Shown here: positions 28,438 through 39,938 of the stretch, piece after piece | Numbering within the stretch: the first letter of the stretch is position 1 | Layout: the number at the start of each line of letters is the position of its first letter | DNA from: a candidate division FCPU426 bacterium | Lineage (GTDB): Bacteria; Oederibacteriota; Muellerivitia; Muellerivitales; Muellerivitaceae | Direction of reading: 5' to 3' | DNA length: 64,000 nt | Assembly (NCBI GenBank): GCA_963847625.1 | Contig: CAWKAR010000028.1 | Location: forward strand, 1-64,000 | Notes under the pieces: generated by a model | What the model was told of the DNA's origin: nothing | What the model saw: only the letters and a program-made list of their open reading frames with translations | The model's database searches: none | Made by a program: the position numbers and the translations under genes

Positions 28438-29670
28438 TTATTCATCCGCCGTTTCTTTTTGAAAATGGTATGGGGCGTCCCATAGCGCTACAATCCTGTG
28501 GGGGCGCAGCCGTTTTTTAAATTGTTTCCTTAAGAGAGCCAGGGCTTTCAGGTCTTCCGCCTTTAATTTCTTCACAAAGGCCATGGATTGCCCAGCCGGC
28601 GGTTCGGGCGGACCCACCCGCATCCAAACTCTTTTTCCATCTTGGCGGACATAGACTTGTAATATGGTTTTGGTCTTGGGGATTCGAAAGCTGAACTGCC
28701 GCCATTGGCGGCCCTTTTGGCCTTCATAACGGCCTTCTTCCTTGATCAATTTATAACCCCTGAATTCAAAGGTGTTCAAGATTTCCTGGGAAGTCCAAGC
28801 GATTCGAGATCCCTCATTTCCACCTTTTGGCAGGACCCAGCCCCCGAAAATAACGTTAGCCTGTGGAACGGGTGGATGCCATTTTTTCCCGGTGGTTTGT
28901 TTGGCCGGGGAAGCGCCTTCCTCGGTGGTAGAGGAAGCGGCTTCCGAAGTCGCAGCGTTTTCACCTGTTGGGGCTGGAGTCGGGTTTACCTGGGCGGAAG
29001 CCCCGCCTTTTCCAGGAAGGACCGGTAAGGCCCCGGCATTGGCATTCTCAGAGGAGGCTCCCCCCAGGGTCGGCAAAGCCGGCATCGTGGCCGCGTTGTT
29101 GCTCTCAGTGGAAGTTCCGCCGGTTGAAGGCAAAGCGGGAAGCGTTGTGGATGTCCCTCCTCCCTGGTTGGGCAGTGCCGGCAAGGGTGCTGCATTGGCG
29201 TTGTCAGCTGAAGGAGCAGTTGCCTGTCCAGGTAAAGCCGGCAAGGGCGCGGCATTGGTATTTTCGGCGGTTGGAGCGGCTGCTTGCCCCGGCAAGGCGG
29301 GCAATGGCGCGGCGGTGCTGTTCTCGGCCGGAGCGGCACTCTGGTCTCCGGGTAATGATGGCAGCGTTGCGGATGTCCCACCTTCCTGGTTGGGCAGCGC
29401 CGGCAAGGGCGCTGCATTAGTGTTGTCGGCTGAAGGAGCGGCGGCCTGTCCCGGCAAAGCGGGCAATGGTGCGGCATTTTCGGTTGAAGGAGAAGCAGCC
29501 TGTCCCGGCAATGCGGGTAAAGGAGCGGCAGTGCTGTTGTCAGCCGGGGCGGCGCTCTCGCCGGGCATGGATGGAAGAGGCGGCATATCCTGGGCCCACA
29601 CGAGGTTTAAACCCAACCAAAAGATCCCCAAGGCTAATATTGGTTTGAACATGCCGGACACTCCTTGCAA
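28438..29670 (-). CDS. Exported Pro/Ala-rich repeat protein with basic C-terminal domain
   Basis: Signal peptide; about 10 (P)LPALP-type repeats; basic C-terminal ~150 aa. Confidence 0.8.
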   Translation of the reverse strand: MQGVSGMFKPILALGIFWLGLNLVWAQDMPPLPSMPGESAAPADNSTAAPLPALPGQAASPSTENAAPLPALPGQAAAPSADNTNAAPLPALPNQEGGTSATLPSLPGDQSAAPAENSTAAPLPALPGQAAAPTAENTNAAPLPALPGQATAPSADNANAAPLPALPNQGGGTSTTLPALPSTGGTSTESNNAATMPALPTLGGASSENANAGALPVLPGKGGASAQVNPTPAPTGENAATSEAASSTTEEGASPAKQTTGKKWHPPVPQANVIFGGWVLPKGGNEGSRIAWTSQEILNTFEFRGYKLIKEEGRYEGQKGRQWRQFSFRIPKTKTILQVYVRQDGKRVWMRVGPPEPPAGQSMAFVKKLKAEDLKALALLRKQFKKRLRPHRIVALWDAPYHFQKETADE

Positions 29671-29742
29671 AGATATGAAGCCCTACCAAAAAGCCCCTTA
29701 TTTTAACCCGATCTTGAAAAGCCAAAACAAAAATCTTTAAGG

Positions 29743-30276
29743 TTAAAACCTGGCTGTGACTAACGGGATTTGGCAGGCCAGCCTGGGTTGGAATGGACTT
29801 TCCAGGACATAATATTTAGAGGCGGGCGGGGGATACCGGTTCGTCAGAACCGATACGCAGGCAATAGTCGTGGAGCCGCCAACTACCCCGCCCAGGAAGG
29901 GCCAAAAGTAATTCCCGTTCACGGAAAATTGATTCCGGGCCGCCAATGACACCACCCCGGTCAGGCAGAAACTTGCCAGGGCCGTAAAGGGCATGGAAGT
30001 GATGAAAACCACTTGAAAATCCTCCGCCTGGTTTTCGTTGTATTCCACCCCCTCAGGGTCATATCCATAGGCCTGCCGCTCGTACTCGTAGGGTTTGGCG
30101 AAACCTTCCTGGGAACCCTGGTCCCCCTGTGTCGTCGTGGGCGTCAATCCGGCCGTTTGGGCGGTTAAATACGAGGGACCGGCGAGTCCGAGTAGGATGA
30201 CAGTTAAGAATATTTTGAGAAGTTTAGAAAACATGGGGATATTGTAACGTTGAAGTCTTATGAAAGAAACCATCAA
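29743..30276 (-). CDS. Hypothetical membrane/exported protein
   Basis: Signal peptide plus two hydrophobic segments; ends in F. Confidence 0.65.
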   Translation of the reverse strand: MMVSFIRLQRYNIPMFSKLLKIFLTVILLGLAGPSYLTAQTAGLTPTTTQGDQGSQEGFAKPYEYERQAYGYDPEGVEYNENQAEDFQVVFITSMPFTALASFCLTGVVSLAARNQFSVNGNYFWPFLGGVVGGSTTIACVSVLTNRYPPPASKYYVLESPFQPRLACQIPLVTARF

Positions 30277-30296
30277 TCCCCCGCCGCCGTCAAAGG

Positions 30297-31277
30297 TTAC
30301 TTAGTGAACATCTGGATTTGGACGCCCGAAACCGCCGGTAGGTTCTTTTCCTTTATTTTTTTCTGCAAGGCCCTGTCGCCCTTGAGGTAGGCGTCCCAAA
30401 AAAGCGTGGTTGCCTTTTGGAGCCATTCGTGGACCTTGGGGTTCCGGACTTTTCCGTCGAACTGGGTGTCCGAAAAATCCATGTGGTTGGCTCCCTTGAT
30501 CACCGCCAGGAATTTGTGCCCCGGCCTCAAGTCCTCGAACGCTTTTTTCCGCCAGTTGGGCGACTCGTTATTCTCAAATCCCCTGTCCTGGGTTCCTGTG
30601 GCCATGAACACCGGACGTCGGATGGTTTCCCAGGAATTTTCCCGGAAGGCCCAATGGCCCGGCCCTTGCGGGGACAAGGCGAGAAACGCGATGACCCGGG
30701 TATCCCCGAATTGGACAGGCTTTTCCTCCTTGGGCGAAAGATAGATTCCGGCCCCCGCCACCGCCATGGAAGTGTAGGCCCCAAAGGAGTGGCCCCCGAC
30801 CCCGACGTGGGTGGGATCGATCCGGCCCTCCAGGCCCGGAAAGGTTTGTCCGATGTCAGGAAGGGAATTCAGGAGAAAAATAATATCCCTAGGCCGGTTG
30901 GAAAGATTTTCCTCCTTGCGGATCATCCCTTTAATGGCGCGCAAATTATAGAGAGGCCTTTTCGGTTTAAGCAAGGAACGGTCGCTTCCCAGATGGGTGG
31001 GATGCAGCACGACGTAACCGTGGGCGGCCCAGTAACGTCCCAGGTAGGCGTATCCATCCTTGGACCCGCCCGCCCCGTGGGAAAATATTAAGACAGGAAA
31101 GCGCTCTTCCCCGGAGGTCTTGGGATAATAGACCTGTAGGGGAACGTTCCGGTTCCGTGCGGAGTCATGCAAGGTGGCGGAGGCGGAAGCCACCGGATAA
31201 ATTTGAGCGCGAACAGGGACAGTATTGGAAAAAAGGAGAGCGCCCACGAACCAACACAAAAAAGCGGGTTTATCCAT
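30297..31277 (-). CDS. Secreted alpha/beta hydrolase
   Basis: IFSHGAGG, GHSFG nucleophile elbow, GTQD and GANHMDF motifs. Confidence 0.88.
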   Translation of the reverse strand: MDKPAFLCWFVGALLFSNTVPVRAQIYPVASASATLHDSARNRNVPLQVYYPKTSGEERFPVLIFSHGAGGSKDGYAYLGRYWAAHGYVVLHPTHLGSDRSLLKPKRPLYNLRAIKGMIRKEENLSNRPRDIIFLLNSLPDIGQTFPGLEGRIDPTHVGVGGHSFGAYTSMAVAGAGIYLSPKEEKPVQFGDTRVIAFLALSPQGPGHWAFRENSWETIRRPVFMATGTQDRGFENNESPNWRKKAFEDLRPGHKFLAVIKGANHMDFSDTQFDGKVRNPKVHEWLQKATTLFWDAYLKGDRALQKKIKEKNLPAVSGVQIQMFTK

Positions 31278-31322
31278 GGGGATATTTTATCTCATTTGGA
31301 TCTAAGCAGGAGATACTAGGAA

Positions 31323-33167
31323 TTAAGCCCGGGTATTTTGGGCTGTTTTAGCGGACCATTTCTCGGCCTTCATGCGCTCATTGTTGTTCAGGATTCTTTT
31401 GCGCATGCGGAGGCTTTTAGGCGTGACTTCCAGCAACTCGTCGTCCTGGATGTATTCCAGGCATTGTTCCAGCGAGAAGATCGTCGGGGGTTCCAGGGTC
31501 AGGGCCTCGTCCGAGGCCTTGCTCCTCATATTGGTGAGGTGCTTGGTCTTGCAGGGGTTCACCGCGATATCGTTCTCGCGGGTATGCTCCCCCACCACCA
31601 TTCCCTCGTAAACCTCCACCCGGGCCCCCAGGAAAAACCTTCCCCGGTCCTTCAATTGGAACAAACCGTAGGCGGCCGTGACGCCCGGCTCGAAAGCCAC
31701 CAGCACGCCCCGCGTCCTTCCGGGTATCTCCCCCTTGAACTCGCCGTAACTGGAAAAAACGTGATGCAGGATTCCCTCGCCCTTGGTATCGGTCAGGAAT
31801 TCCGTCCGGAAGCCCATCAGGCAGCGGGACGGGATCAGGAACTCGATTCGGGTGGTCACCTCCGAGAGGGGCACCATGTTTTTCATCTCCCCCTTCCGCG
31901 ACCCCAGCTTCTCCATGACCACGCCCACCGAGTTGTTGGGCACGTCGATGACCAGGTTTTCGTAGGGTTCCTGGACCTTTCCTTTCACTTCCTTATAGAT
32001 GACCTTCGGCCGGGAAACCTGGAACTCGTACCCCTCCCGGCGCATGGTCTCGATGAGGATGCCAAGGTGCAGCTCCCCCCGCCCGGAGACTTGGATGGCG
32101 TCCGGGCTGTCGGTGTCGGCGATCTTCAGCGTGGGATTGGCCTCCGATTCCTTATATAAGCGCTCCCTCATGTGCCGGGAAGTGACGAACTTCCCCTCCC
32201 GCCCGGCGAAGGGGCTATTGTTGACCGAGAAAACCATGGACATGGTGGGCTCGTCGATGGTGGTGGGGGGGAGGGCCTCCGGGGCGGAGGTTGCGGCCAC
32301 GGTCTCGCCGATCTGGACGTCCTCCAGGCCCGCCAGCAGGATGATGTCCCCCGCCGAGGCCTCCTGGCATTCCACCTGCTTGATGCCCTGGTAGGTGAAA
32401 AGTTTGGTGGCGCTGTTGTTGATCATGCGGCCGTCCAGCTTGATCAGGGTGATGAGGTCGTTCAACTTGATCTTCCCGCGCTTGATGCGCCCGATGGCCA
32501 TGCGGCCCAGGTACTCGTTGTAAGCGGTGGTGGTCACCAGCATTTGGAAGGGCGCTTCGACATCCACTTCAATGGGCTTGAAATGCTTGAGGATTGTCTC
32601 GAAGAGGGGGGTGAGATCTTTCCCAGGCTTTGCCAAATCCCGGGTAGCCGTCCCCTCCCGTGCTACCGTGTATAGGACCGGATAGCTGATTTGGTGCTCG
32701 TTGGCGCCCAGCGCGATGAAGAGGTCCAGAACCGCGTCCACCACCTCGTGGGCCCGGGCGTCCTGCCGGTCGATCTTGTTGATGACCACGATGGCGTCGA
32801 GGTTCTTTTCCAGGCTTTTGCGAAGAACGAACTTGGTCTGGGGCAGGGGCCCCTCGGCGGCGTCCACCAGCAATAACACCCCGTCCACCATGGAAAGGAT
32901 GCGCTCCACCTCCCCGCCGAAGTCGGCGTGGCCCGGCGTGTCCACGATGTTGATCTTCACCCCTTTCCACACCACCGAGGCGTTTTTGGAAAAGATGGTG
33001 ATGCCGCGCTCTTTTTCCAGGTCGTTGGAATCCATCACGCGCTCTTCCATATGTTCGTTGGCGCGGAAAACCCCCGATTGTTTGAATAGGGCGTCCACGA
33101 GGGTGGTCTTGCCGTGGTCGACATGGGCAATGATGGCGATGTTTCTTAAATCTTCACGCAGAGTCAT
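31323..33167 (-). CDS. typA: Translational GTPase TypA/BipA
   Basis: AHVDHGKTTLVD, ERGITI, DTPGHADFGGEVER and GRGELHL motifs. Confidence 0.98.
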   Translation of the reverse strand: MTLREDLRNIAIIAHVDHGKTTLVDALFKQSGVFRANEHMEERVMDSNDLEKERGITIFSKNASVVWKGVKINIVDTPGHADFGGEVERILSMVDGVLLLVDAAEGPLPQTKFVLRKSLEKNLDAIVVINKIDRQDARAHEVVDAVLDLFIALGANEHQISYPVLYTVAREGTATRDLAKPGKDLTPLFETILKHFKPIEVDVEAPFQMLVTTTAYNEYLGRMAIGRIKRGKIKLNDLITLIKLDGRMINNSATKLFTYQGIKQVECQEASAGDIILLAGLEDVQIGETVAATSAPEALPPTTIDEPTMSMVFSVNNSPFAGREGKFVTSRHMRERLYKESEANPTLKIADTDSPDAIQVSGRGELHLGILIETMRREGYEFQVSRPKVIYKEVKGKVQEPYENLVIDVPNNSVGVVMEKLGSRKGEMKNMVPLSEVTTRIEFLIPSRCLMGFRTEFLTDTKGEGILHHVFSSYGEFKGEIPGRTRGVLVAFEPGVTAAYGLFQLKDRGRFFLGARVEVYEGMVVGEHTRENDIAVNPCKTKHLTNMRSKASDEALTLEPPTIFSLEQCLEYIQDDELLEVTPKSLRMRKRILNNNERMKAEKWSAKTAQNTRA

Positions 33168-33415
33168 TCAAAAACCTCATTAACATTCTGTTTGTTTACA
33201 TACCGCTAAACCACTGAAAATCGAATACCAGCAAGCGAAAACCGCTTCCGGGGAGGCGAGAGTATACCAAAAGGTCTAGGAAATAACAGGGATTTGCCCG
33301 GGGTATGGCTTGGTTAGGCTGGTCGATGAGAAGTGCCGCATAAGGCAAAAAAGACATACAACCCATAACCAACTAAGCGAGCGGAAAAGTCCGCGTCAAA
33401 AACCTTTTCAACGAT

Positions 33416-35083
33416 TTACTCTAGTACCGCCCCCCTGTTGGCGCTGGTGACCATTCGGGAATACCGGCCCAGCCAGCCTGTTTTAATTTTTAGGGCCGGG
33501 GCTTTCCACGCAGCTTTTCGGCGCGAAAGTTCCGCCTCATCCACCTTCAGAGTGAGGCTGCGGTGATTGATGTCGATGAGGATGCGGTCACCATTCTTCA
33601 CTAAAGCGATAGGCCCTCCCTCGGCCGCTTCGGGGCTGATGTGTCCCAGGCAGGTTCCGGAAGTCCCGCCGGAAAACCTTCCATCGGTGATCAGGGCGAC
33701 CTTCTTGCCCAAGCCTTGGCCCTTGATCATGGAGGTCGGCGAAAGCATCTCGGGCATTCCAGGCCCGCCCTTGGGTCCTTCGTACCGCAGGACCACGACG
33801 TCGCCGGGTTGGATGGTCCGCTTGGCTAGGGCCGCCAGGCATTCGTCCTGGGAGTCAAACACCACCGCTTTTCCCTCGAAAGTCCAGCATTCCGGGTCCA
33901 CGCCCGCGGTCTTGATCACCGCTCCCTTGGGAGCCAAATTCCCGAAAAGCACGGCCAACCCGCCGTCTTGGGTAAAGGGTTTTTCAATCGTGCGAATGAC
34001 GTTGCCGTCCGAGCTCTTGGCGTTGGCGATGTTCTCGCCCAAGGTTTTTCCGGTGACCGTCGGCCGCTTGAGATTCAAGGTTCCCGGCTTGCGGCTTAGT
34101 TCCTTCAAAATGGCGCTGATGCCGCCCGCTTTGTCGATATCCTCCATATGAACATCCATGCGGGAGGGCGAGACCTTGCACAGGCAAGGCGTGCGGGCAG
34201 AGATCTCGTTGATGCGTTCCAGCGGGTATTCCACCCCTGCCTCGACGGCGATAGCCAGGGCGTGCAAAACCGTGTTGGTGGACCCGCCCATGGCCATATC
34301 CAAGGCAAAGGCGTTGTCGAGGGATTCCCGCGTTACCAGATCGCGCGGTTTCAATCCGTCTTTCACCATTTCCATGATGCGTTTTCCAGCCAGGGGGATG
34401 AGGGCCTCCCGCTCCGGGTTGAGGGCCAGGATCGTGCCGTTGCCCGGCAATGCCAGGCCCACGGCTTCCAACAGGCAGTTCATGGAATTGGCCGTAAACA
34501 TGCCAGCGCAGGAACCGCAGGAGGGACAGGCGGTGTCTTCCAGAACTTTCAACTGCGCTTCGGTCATTTGGCCCGCTTGCACCTTGCCCACTCCCTCGAA
34601 GATATGGATCAAGTCCAGCTTGGTGCCGTCCGCGGCGGTTCCCGCCAACATGGGTCCACCCGTCAGGAATAGGGTGGGTATGTTCACCCTTAAGGCGCCC
34701 ATGATCATTCCCGGGGTGATTTTGTCGCAGTTGGTAAGGCAGACCAGACCGTCGAAGCAGTGCGCCATGGCCATGGTCTCCAACCCATCGGCGATGAGTT
34801 CCCGGCTGGCCAGGGAATAACGCATGCCCAGGTGGCCCATGGCGATTCCGTCGTCCACCGCGATCGTATTGAACTCGAAGGGAACCCCGCCCGCCTCGCG
34901 GATGGCCTTTTTCACCTTCTCCCCCAGGACGTTCAGCCGGATATGGCCCGGTACGATATCCGTATAGGAATTGGCCACTCCGATGAAGGGTTTTTTCATG
35001 TCTTCCTCGGTCACGCCTACTGCTTTCAGCAGGCCCCGGTGTCCCGCGCGGTCAATGCCCTTCTTGATGGTATCGGAAATCAT
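33416..35083 (-). CDS. ilvD: Dihydroxy-acid dehydratase
   Basis: [36 protein letters not shown] and TDGRFSG motifs. Confidence 0.97.
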   Translation of the reverse strand: MISDTIKKGIDRAGHRGLLKAVGVTEEDMKKPFIGVANSYTDIVPGHIRLNVLGEKVKKAIREAGGVPFEFNTIAVDDGIAMGHLGMRYSLASRELIADGLETMAMAHCFDGLVCLTNCDKITPGMIMGALRVNIPTLFLTGGPMLAGTAADGTKLDLIHIFEGVGKVQAGQMTEAQLKVLEDTACPSCGSCAGMFTANSMNCLLEAVGLALPGNGTILALNPEREALIPLAGKRIMEMVKDGLKPRDLVTRESLDNAFALDMAMGGSTNTVLHALAIAVEAGVEYPLERINEISARTPCLCKVSPSRMDVHMEDIDKAGGISAILKELSRKPGTLNLKRPTVTGKTLGENIANAKSSDGNVIRTIEKPFTQDGGLAVLFGNLAPKGAVIKTAGVDPECWTFEGKAVVFDSQDECLAALAKRTIQPGDVVVLRYEGPKGGPGMPEMLSPTSMIKGQGLGKKVALITDGRFSGGTSGTCLGHISPEAAEGGPIALVKNGDRILIDINHRSLTLKVDEAELSRRKAAWKAPALKIKTGWLGRYSRMVTSANRGAVLE

Positions 35084-35392
35084 GTCGCATCCTCCTAAAA
35101 TGGTTCAATAAAACCTTAAAAAGAAAAAGCACACTTTAATTTCGGCTCAAATTAAAGCCGCCTGGGAAACCATTAGAAGACGGCTCAACCTAATAGAGGG
35201 TCCCGCAAGTGGTGAAACGCCAAGATACGCCCAAAAGGATTGTCTAGCAAGTCTCAATGAAAAACTAGGGTAGCAGGAATGTAAATATTCCGGACCCCAA
35301 AAAAGGGATTTCGACCAAGCCAAATGGGTGGCTATAGGCTAACGGGAAGTGGGGCACTTGACGGAGTGTCTTATTTATGAGACTATCGTTTA

Positions 35393-35710
35393 GTGATATT
35401 ACCACTTCCTCAATGCATGAAAGAGATCGCAGAATTCCCCCGAGAGGTGCGGGAAGATCTCGCCGATGCCTTAGCGCGCTTGGATGAAGGTCATACACTT
35501 TCCATGCCCTTGTCCCGCCCTATGACTTCCATTGGCAAGGGTGTTCATGAATTGAGAATCAGGGATCGATCTGGAATTTATCGGGTGATTTATGTCCTGG
35601 TTGGCGCAGGAGCGATTTATTTGATTCATGCTTTTGTGAAAAAAGATAAGAAGACGCCGATGCCGAATATTGATTTGGTGAAAAGGCGCTTAAAGGAATT
35701 GATAAGATGA
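35393..35710 (+). CDS. RelE/HigB-like type II toxin
   Basis: IGKGVHELRIRDRSGIYRVIY...LIHAFVKKDKKTP; overlaps the HTH gene. Confidence 0.88.
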   Translation: MILPLPQCMKEIAEFPREVREDLADALARLDEGHTLSMPLSRPMTSIGKGVHELRIRDRSGIYRVIYVLVGAGAIYLIHAFVKKDKKTPMPNIDLVKRRLKELIR

Positions 35711-35994
35711 AACATAAAAGTACGGCGGTGGAAATTGCGAAATTGGCAGGTATTTCTCCAGCGAAAGGAATGGAAGCTATTATCAAAGCACAACTGATAA
35801 CAGCTGTTTTGCAAGCCCTTCAAGATAAGAAAACAACTCACCTGGAACTCGCAAAGCGCGCGAAGCTTCCAAGGAGCGCCGTGACGGGTATTCTTTCGGG
35901 TAGTTTACAGAAGGTAACCATTGATCGGGTTCTTAGGCTCATTGAAGCGGTTGGTCTTATCGCGGAGATTCGAATCAGGAAATCCGCCGCCTAA
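35707..35994 (+). CDS. XRE/HigA-like HTH antitoxin
   Basis: THLELAKRAKLPRSAVTGILSG...TIDRVL; ATGA overlap with the toxin. Confidence 0.85.
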   Translation: MKHKSTAVEIAKLAGISPAKGMEAIIKAQLITAVLQALQDKKTTHLELAKRAKLPRSAVTGILSGSLQKVTIDRVLRLIEAVGLIAEIRIRKSAA

Positions 35995-36294
35995 AGGTGC
36001 TTTCGGATTTCTTTTAATATTTTCTCCCAATATTCTGGAATATTAGAACGAGTCATTCAACACCTCCCCATATCCATCAACCTAATCGGTGCTATTTTTT
36101 CGTCCAATGCGGGTCCCGCAGGTAGTGAAACATAAATATTCCGCACGGCGGAAAGGGTAAAGTGGTTTCAATAGGTCCGTCATTTAGAAAATATTAATTA
36201 ATGACGCCTTTTTATAAGATAGCCGATCCATGATTCATGTGAAATCCATTGAAAAAAAGTAAAAATCGGCGGGTTTGAGCTGTTGAGAATAAGA

Positions 36295-39200
36295 CTACTT
36301 TAAGAGAAGGATTCTTTTGATTTGCCTGTTATAAGGCTCGACGAGATAGAGAATATAGACCCCGCTCGCGCAGGGATCACCGTTTTTGTTTCTCCCGTCC
36401 CAAAGATAAGAAGCGGCAATCGGACCTTCCAAGTGCCGCGCATCCAGGGTTTTGATGTGTTCCCCGGCGGAATTATAAATCCCCAGGGAATAGGCGCCCG
36501 GATACTGGCAGTAATCCACTTGAATGGAAATCGGTCCCTGGCTTGGCTGGAATATGTTTTCCGAGACGTAAAATAGATCGCAGGACGGAAGCGGCGTGAA
36601 GGTCGGAGTAGGGATTAGGGTCGGAGTGGGTGTCAGTGTGGTTTGTGGGCAACCCAGCAAAAACATTTTATAGCAATACCCGGTGGACGGCGCGGTTAGG
36701 ATGGCGGGATTCGGGTAGGTGGAAGGAATGGATCCCGTAATTGCCCCGGAGTCTGTTTGGCAACTATAAAGGCCTTGAGAATCAAAGCCGAGCCCGCCCA
36801 CCGGGAAATTTTCCAACAGGATGCAGGAATCGCCGCAAGGAAAGGTTACGGGGCCAATGGCGATCGTCACCCAACCGGCGGGCACACCGTTTACCGTGAC
36901 GCTGGTGGCGGCAACCAGGCTGGTGTTGTCATAAACCCCCAGGTTCATAGTCCAGGTGGTGGCGAACCCGGAATCTATAAAAAAAGCCATTTGACCAAAG
37001 GTGACGCCGCAGACCGCTGGATAGGCGTTGGCTACGTAATTGTTAGGGTTCATGAAAAAATATTTGAGTGGCGATTTATAATCCGACCCCAGTAAAACGC
37101 AATTCGAAGTGTTCGTCGGCGTGGGGCTGTATGTCACTGTAGGCGTATCGGTGGTCGTTAAGGAGTTCGTGGGTGTGGGCGTTGGGGACGGCGTCTGTGA
37201 CAGGGTGGGTGTACTGGTCGGGGTCAGAGTCGGACTATTCGTCGCCGTGTAAGTGCCCGTGGCGGTGGATGTGTACGTTGGAGTGACAGTAGCCGTGAAG
37301 GTATTCGTCGGCGTTGGGGTCAGGGTTGGGGTTGCGGTTTCTGTCGGCGAATAAGTCGGAGTATTGGTAGGTGTTGTGGTGCTGGTATTTGTGGGGGTGT
37401 TCGTTACTGTGCTAGTCGGGGTTTCGGTAAAAGTGCAGGTATCGCCGGGATAGCCGCAGGGTGTTGGCGTATAAAAATCACTCGCGTCAAACTTCGCAAC
37501 AAAAGCGTCAATAGCACCGGCATAAGCCGTCTGGAAGGCGCCGGTGGTCGTGGGAAAACCCGTTGAAGTCGTATATCCTGTCATATAAGCATTATCCGAC
37601 CCATCCAATACGATTCTATAACTTATACAATTACCGTTTCCACCCAAATAGGTCGAATAAACCAAGTCGCCCGTCCCGCCACCTGCCGGATTCAATTCCG
37701 CTAAAAAGGCATTCTGTCCACCGCCAAAAACAGTCTGGTATGCCCCGGGTGTCGTTGGAAAGTTGGTGGACATGGTGTATCCCGTTACGTAAGCGTTACC
37801 GCTCGAATCCAGGACAATTCCACAACCAGCATCACTGGCGCTCCCGCCAAAATAGGTGGAATAGAGCAGGGCCGTGCCGCCCGGGTTCAGCTTGGTCAGG
37901 TAAGCATTGGAATTTCCCAACAAAGTGGTTTGGTATGCCCCGGGTGCAGAAGGGAAATTGGTTGATGCTGTCTCACCCGAAACGTAGGCGTTCCCACTTG
38001 CATCCACCGCGATGCTATTACCTCCATCATCCCCGCTTCCACCCAAATAGGTCGAATACACCAAAACACTTCCGGAGGCGTTTAACTTTGCCACGAAGGC
38101 ATCCCAATAGCCGCCGCCATAAACCGTTTGATAAACCCCGCTGGTCGTGGGGAAATCAGTCGATTGCGTATAACCCGTCACATACGCATTTCCTGACCCA
38201 TCCACCGCGATGCTATTACCTCCATCATTCCCGCTTCCACCCAAATAGGTCGAATAAACCAAGTCGCCCGTCCCGCCGCCTGCCGGATTCAGCTTCAATA
38301 CGAAGACTTCATCGCCGGATAAACCGGTGGATCCATTACTTGTCTGATAAGCCCCTGCCGTAGTAGGAAAATCAATGGAGCTGGTGGTACCCGTCACATA
38401 GGCAAATCCACTGGAATCCACCACAATACCCGAACTCGCATCAACACCATTCCCCCCCAAGTAAGTCGAATAGAGTAAAACCGTACCCGCCGGGTTCAGC
38501 TTGGTAACGAAAGCGCTAGAGGGCCCACTTCCATGAATTGTTTGGTAAGCCCCAGCCGTAGTGGGGAAATTAGTTGAATAGGTGTAACCCGTCACGTAGG
38601 CATCCCCGCCCGAATCCACGGCGATACCTTGACCTAAGTCCATGTCACTCCCGCCCAAATAGGTTGAATAAACCAAGGCCGTGCCGGTCGGGTTCATCTC
38701 GGTTACAAAGGCGTCATAATTGACACCATCCAAACTTGTTTGGTAAGCCCCAGCCGTGGCGGGAAAATCGGTGGATTGGGTATAACCCGTCACGTAGGCA
38801 TCCCCCGACAAATCCACTGCAATTCCAACTCCATAATCCCAATCGCTCCCTCCCAGATAGGTCGAATAATCCAACTGTGGGTCGATCACCAGGGGAAGGG
38901 TTTTGTCATAGTTCCCCATTTCAAAACCAATTTTCCCATCCGGCTTTAACGAGTAATGGCCTTCTATCTTTTCATTTTCAATTGTCCATTCTCCATTTTT
39001 CATTCTCTTCTGGTAAACCACCGGTGCCTTGAAAGCAACATCCCCTTGGGTCATGTGGAAAATTAGATTTCCTTGGCCGTCCACTTCCGCGTTTTTGGCA
39101 CCCTCGTAATTGAGACCAATGACACTTGGGTCCACACCCGGCTTCACCTCGAAGTCGTATTCCAATTTTCTTTGATTGCCGTAATACTCCATGTCAATGC

Positions 39201-39792
39201 CGGGATAGACATCCTTCATTTTCACTTTGATATAGTTTGGAATATTGGTGCGCCACTCGGAGGGGTCATTTCCAATGAAATAATTGCTCTTCCCTTCCGC
39301 CTTTTCCAACCCCTCAAATTCGGCCAAGCGGTTCCCGCCTTCAAGCCTCAAACGCAAAACATCTGGAGAACCAATTTGGAATGAGGAATTAGGAATTGGG
39401 AATTCATGACCAAGTCTTCCGGCTTTTCGCGATAAATCTTTAGGCCCTCCATGCTTAAGGACAAACACCGCTTCAGCGGGCGTAATAAAGAGGGTATAAC
39501 CGCTTCCCCGAGAGAGAAACTTCACTTCGGAATTGGCCTGTCCTGAGCCTGTCGAACGGACCTGTCCCTCGTTGGGTTCAAAGTAAAGCGGGATATGTCC
39601 ATAATTCTGGTTGAGTTTTAAAAATGCGGTTTGATTGGGCTGGGCAATTTTGGAAAAGACATTCGTTTTTTGTTTAGCGGGGGAAGAACTGTTCCTGTTC
39701 GTTGAAACTAAACCTATCCCAAATACTGCGATGACGTAGACAAAGAGACCAGCATTTAAAAACCGGATATTATTTCGAGATACTTTCGGCAT
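36295..39792 (-). CDS. Secreted SBBP beta-propeller repeat protein (paralog 1, intact)
   Basis: FEPNEGQ...IDP N-domain, repeated YSTYLGG/AYVTGYT.STNFPTT units, T/P linker, Cys-rich domain, and FlgD-Ig-like C-terminus ([13 protein letters not shown]). Confidence 0.9.
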   Translation of the reverse strand: MPKVSRNNIRFLNAGLFVYVIAVFGIGLVSTNRNSSSPAKQKTNVFSKIAQPNQTAFLKLNQNYGHIPLYFEPNEGQVRSTGSGQANSEVKFLSRGSGYTLFITPAEAVFVLKHGGPKDLSRKAGRLGHEFPIPNSSFQIGSPDVLRLRLEGGNRLAEFEGLEKAEGKSNYFIGNDPSEWRTNIPNYIKVKMKDVYPGIDMEYYGNQRKLEYDFEVKPGVDPSVIGLNYEGAKNAEVDGQGNLIFHMTQGDVAFKAPVVYQKRMKNGEWTIENEKIEGHYSLKPDGKIGFEMGNYDKTLPLVIDPQLDYSTYLGGSDWDYGVGIAVDLSGDAYVTGYTQSTDFPATAGAYQTSLDGVNYDAFVTEMNPTGTALVYSTYLGGSDMDLGQGIAVDSGGDAYVTGYTYSTNFPTTAGAYQTIHGSGPSSAFVTKLNPAGTVLLYSTYLGGNGVDASSGIVVDSSGFAYVTGTTSSIDFPTTAGAYQTSNGSTGLSGDEVFVLKLNPAGGGTGDLVYSTYLGGSGNDGGNSIAVDGSGNAYVTGYTQSTDFPTTSGVYQTVYGGGYWDAFVAKLNASGSVLVYSTYLGGSGDDGGNSIAVDASGNAYVSGETASTNFPSAPGAYQTTLLGNSNAYLTKLNPGGTALLYSTYFGGSASDAGCGIVLDSSGNAYVTGYTMSTNFPTTPGAYQTVFGGGQNAFLAELNPAGGGTGDLVYSTYLGGNGNCISYRIVLDGSDNAYMTGYTTSTGFPTTTGAFQTAYAGAIDAFVAKFDASDFYTPTPCGYPGDTCTFTETPTSTVTNTPTNTSTTTPTNTPTYSPTETATPTLTPTPTNTFTATVTPTYTSTATGTYTATNSPTLTPTSTPTLSQTPSPTPTPTNSLTTTDTPTVTYSPTPTNTSNCVLLGSDYKSPLKYFFMNPNNYVANAYPAVCGVTFGQMAFFIDSGFATTWTMNLGVYDNTSLVAATSVTVNGVPAGWVTIAIGPVTFPCGDSCILLENFPVGGLGFDSQGLYSCQTDSGAITGSIPSTYPNPAILTAPSTGYCYKMFLLGCPQTTLTPTPTLIPTPTFTPLPSCDLFYVSENIFQPSQGPISIQVDYCQYPGAYSLGIYNSAGEHIKTLDARHLEGPIAASYLWDGRNKNGDPCASGVYILYLVEPYNRQIKRILLLK

Positions 39793-39810
39793 GTTTATTC
39801 CTTCGTCTAA

Positions 39811-39938
39811 AACTTTGCTGAAAAAGTCCCAAAATGGACTTTTTCAGCTGACGACATTTGTGGAAACCCCATGATTCCTGCGGAATCTTTGGGGTCGCAG
39901 GCTACTTGGTGGGCCTATTTTAATTTTTTAGCAGCCTG
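39811..39938. mobile_element. 128-bp MITE-like insertion with CTAA target duplication
   Basis: CTAA at 39807-39810 and 39939-39942; ends TGCTGAAAAA / TTTTTTAGCAG. The paralogous intergenic site at ~42760-42780 is empty. Confidence 0.8.
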
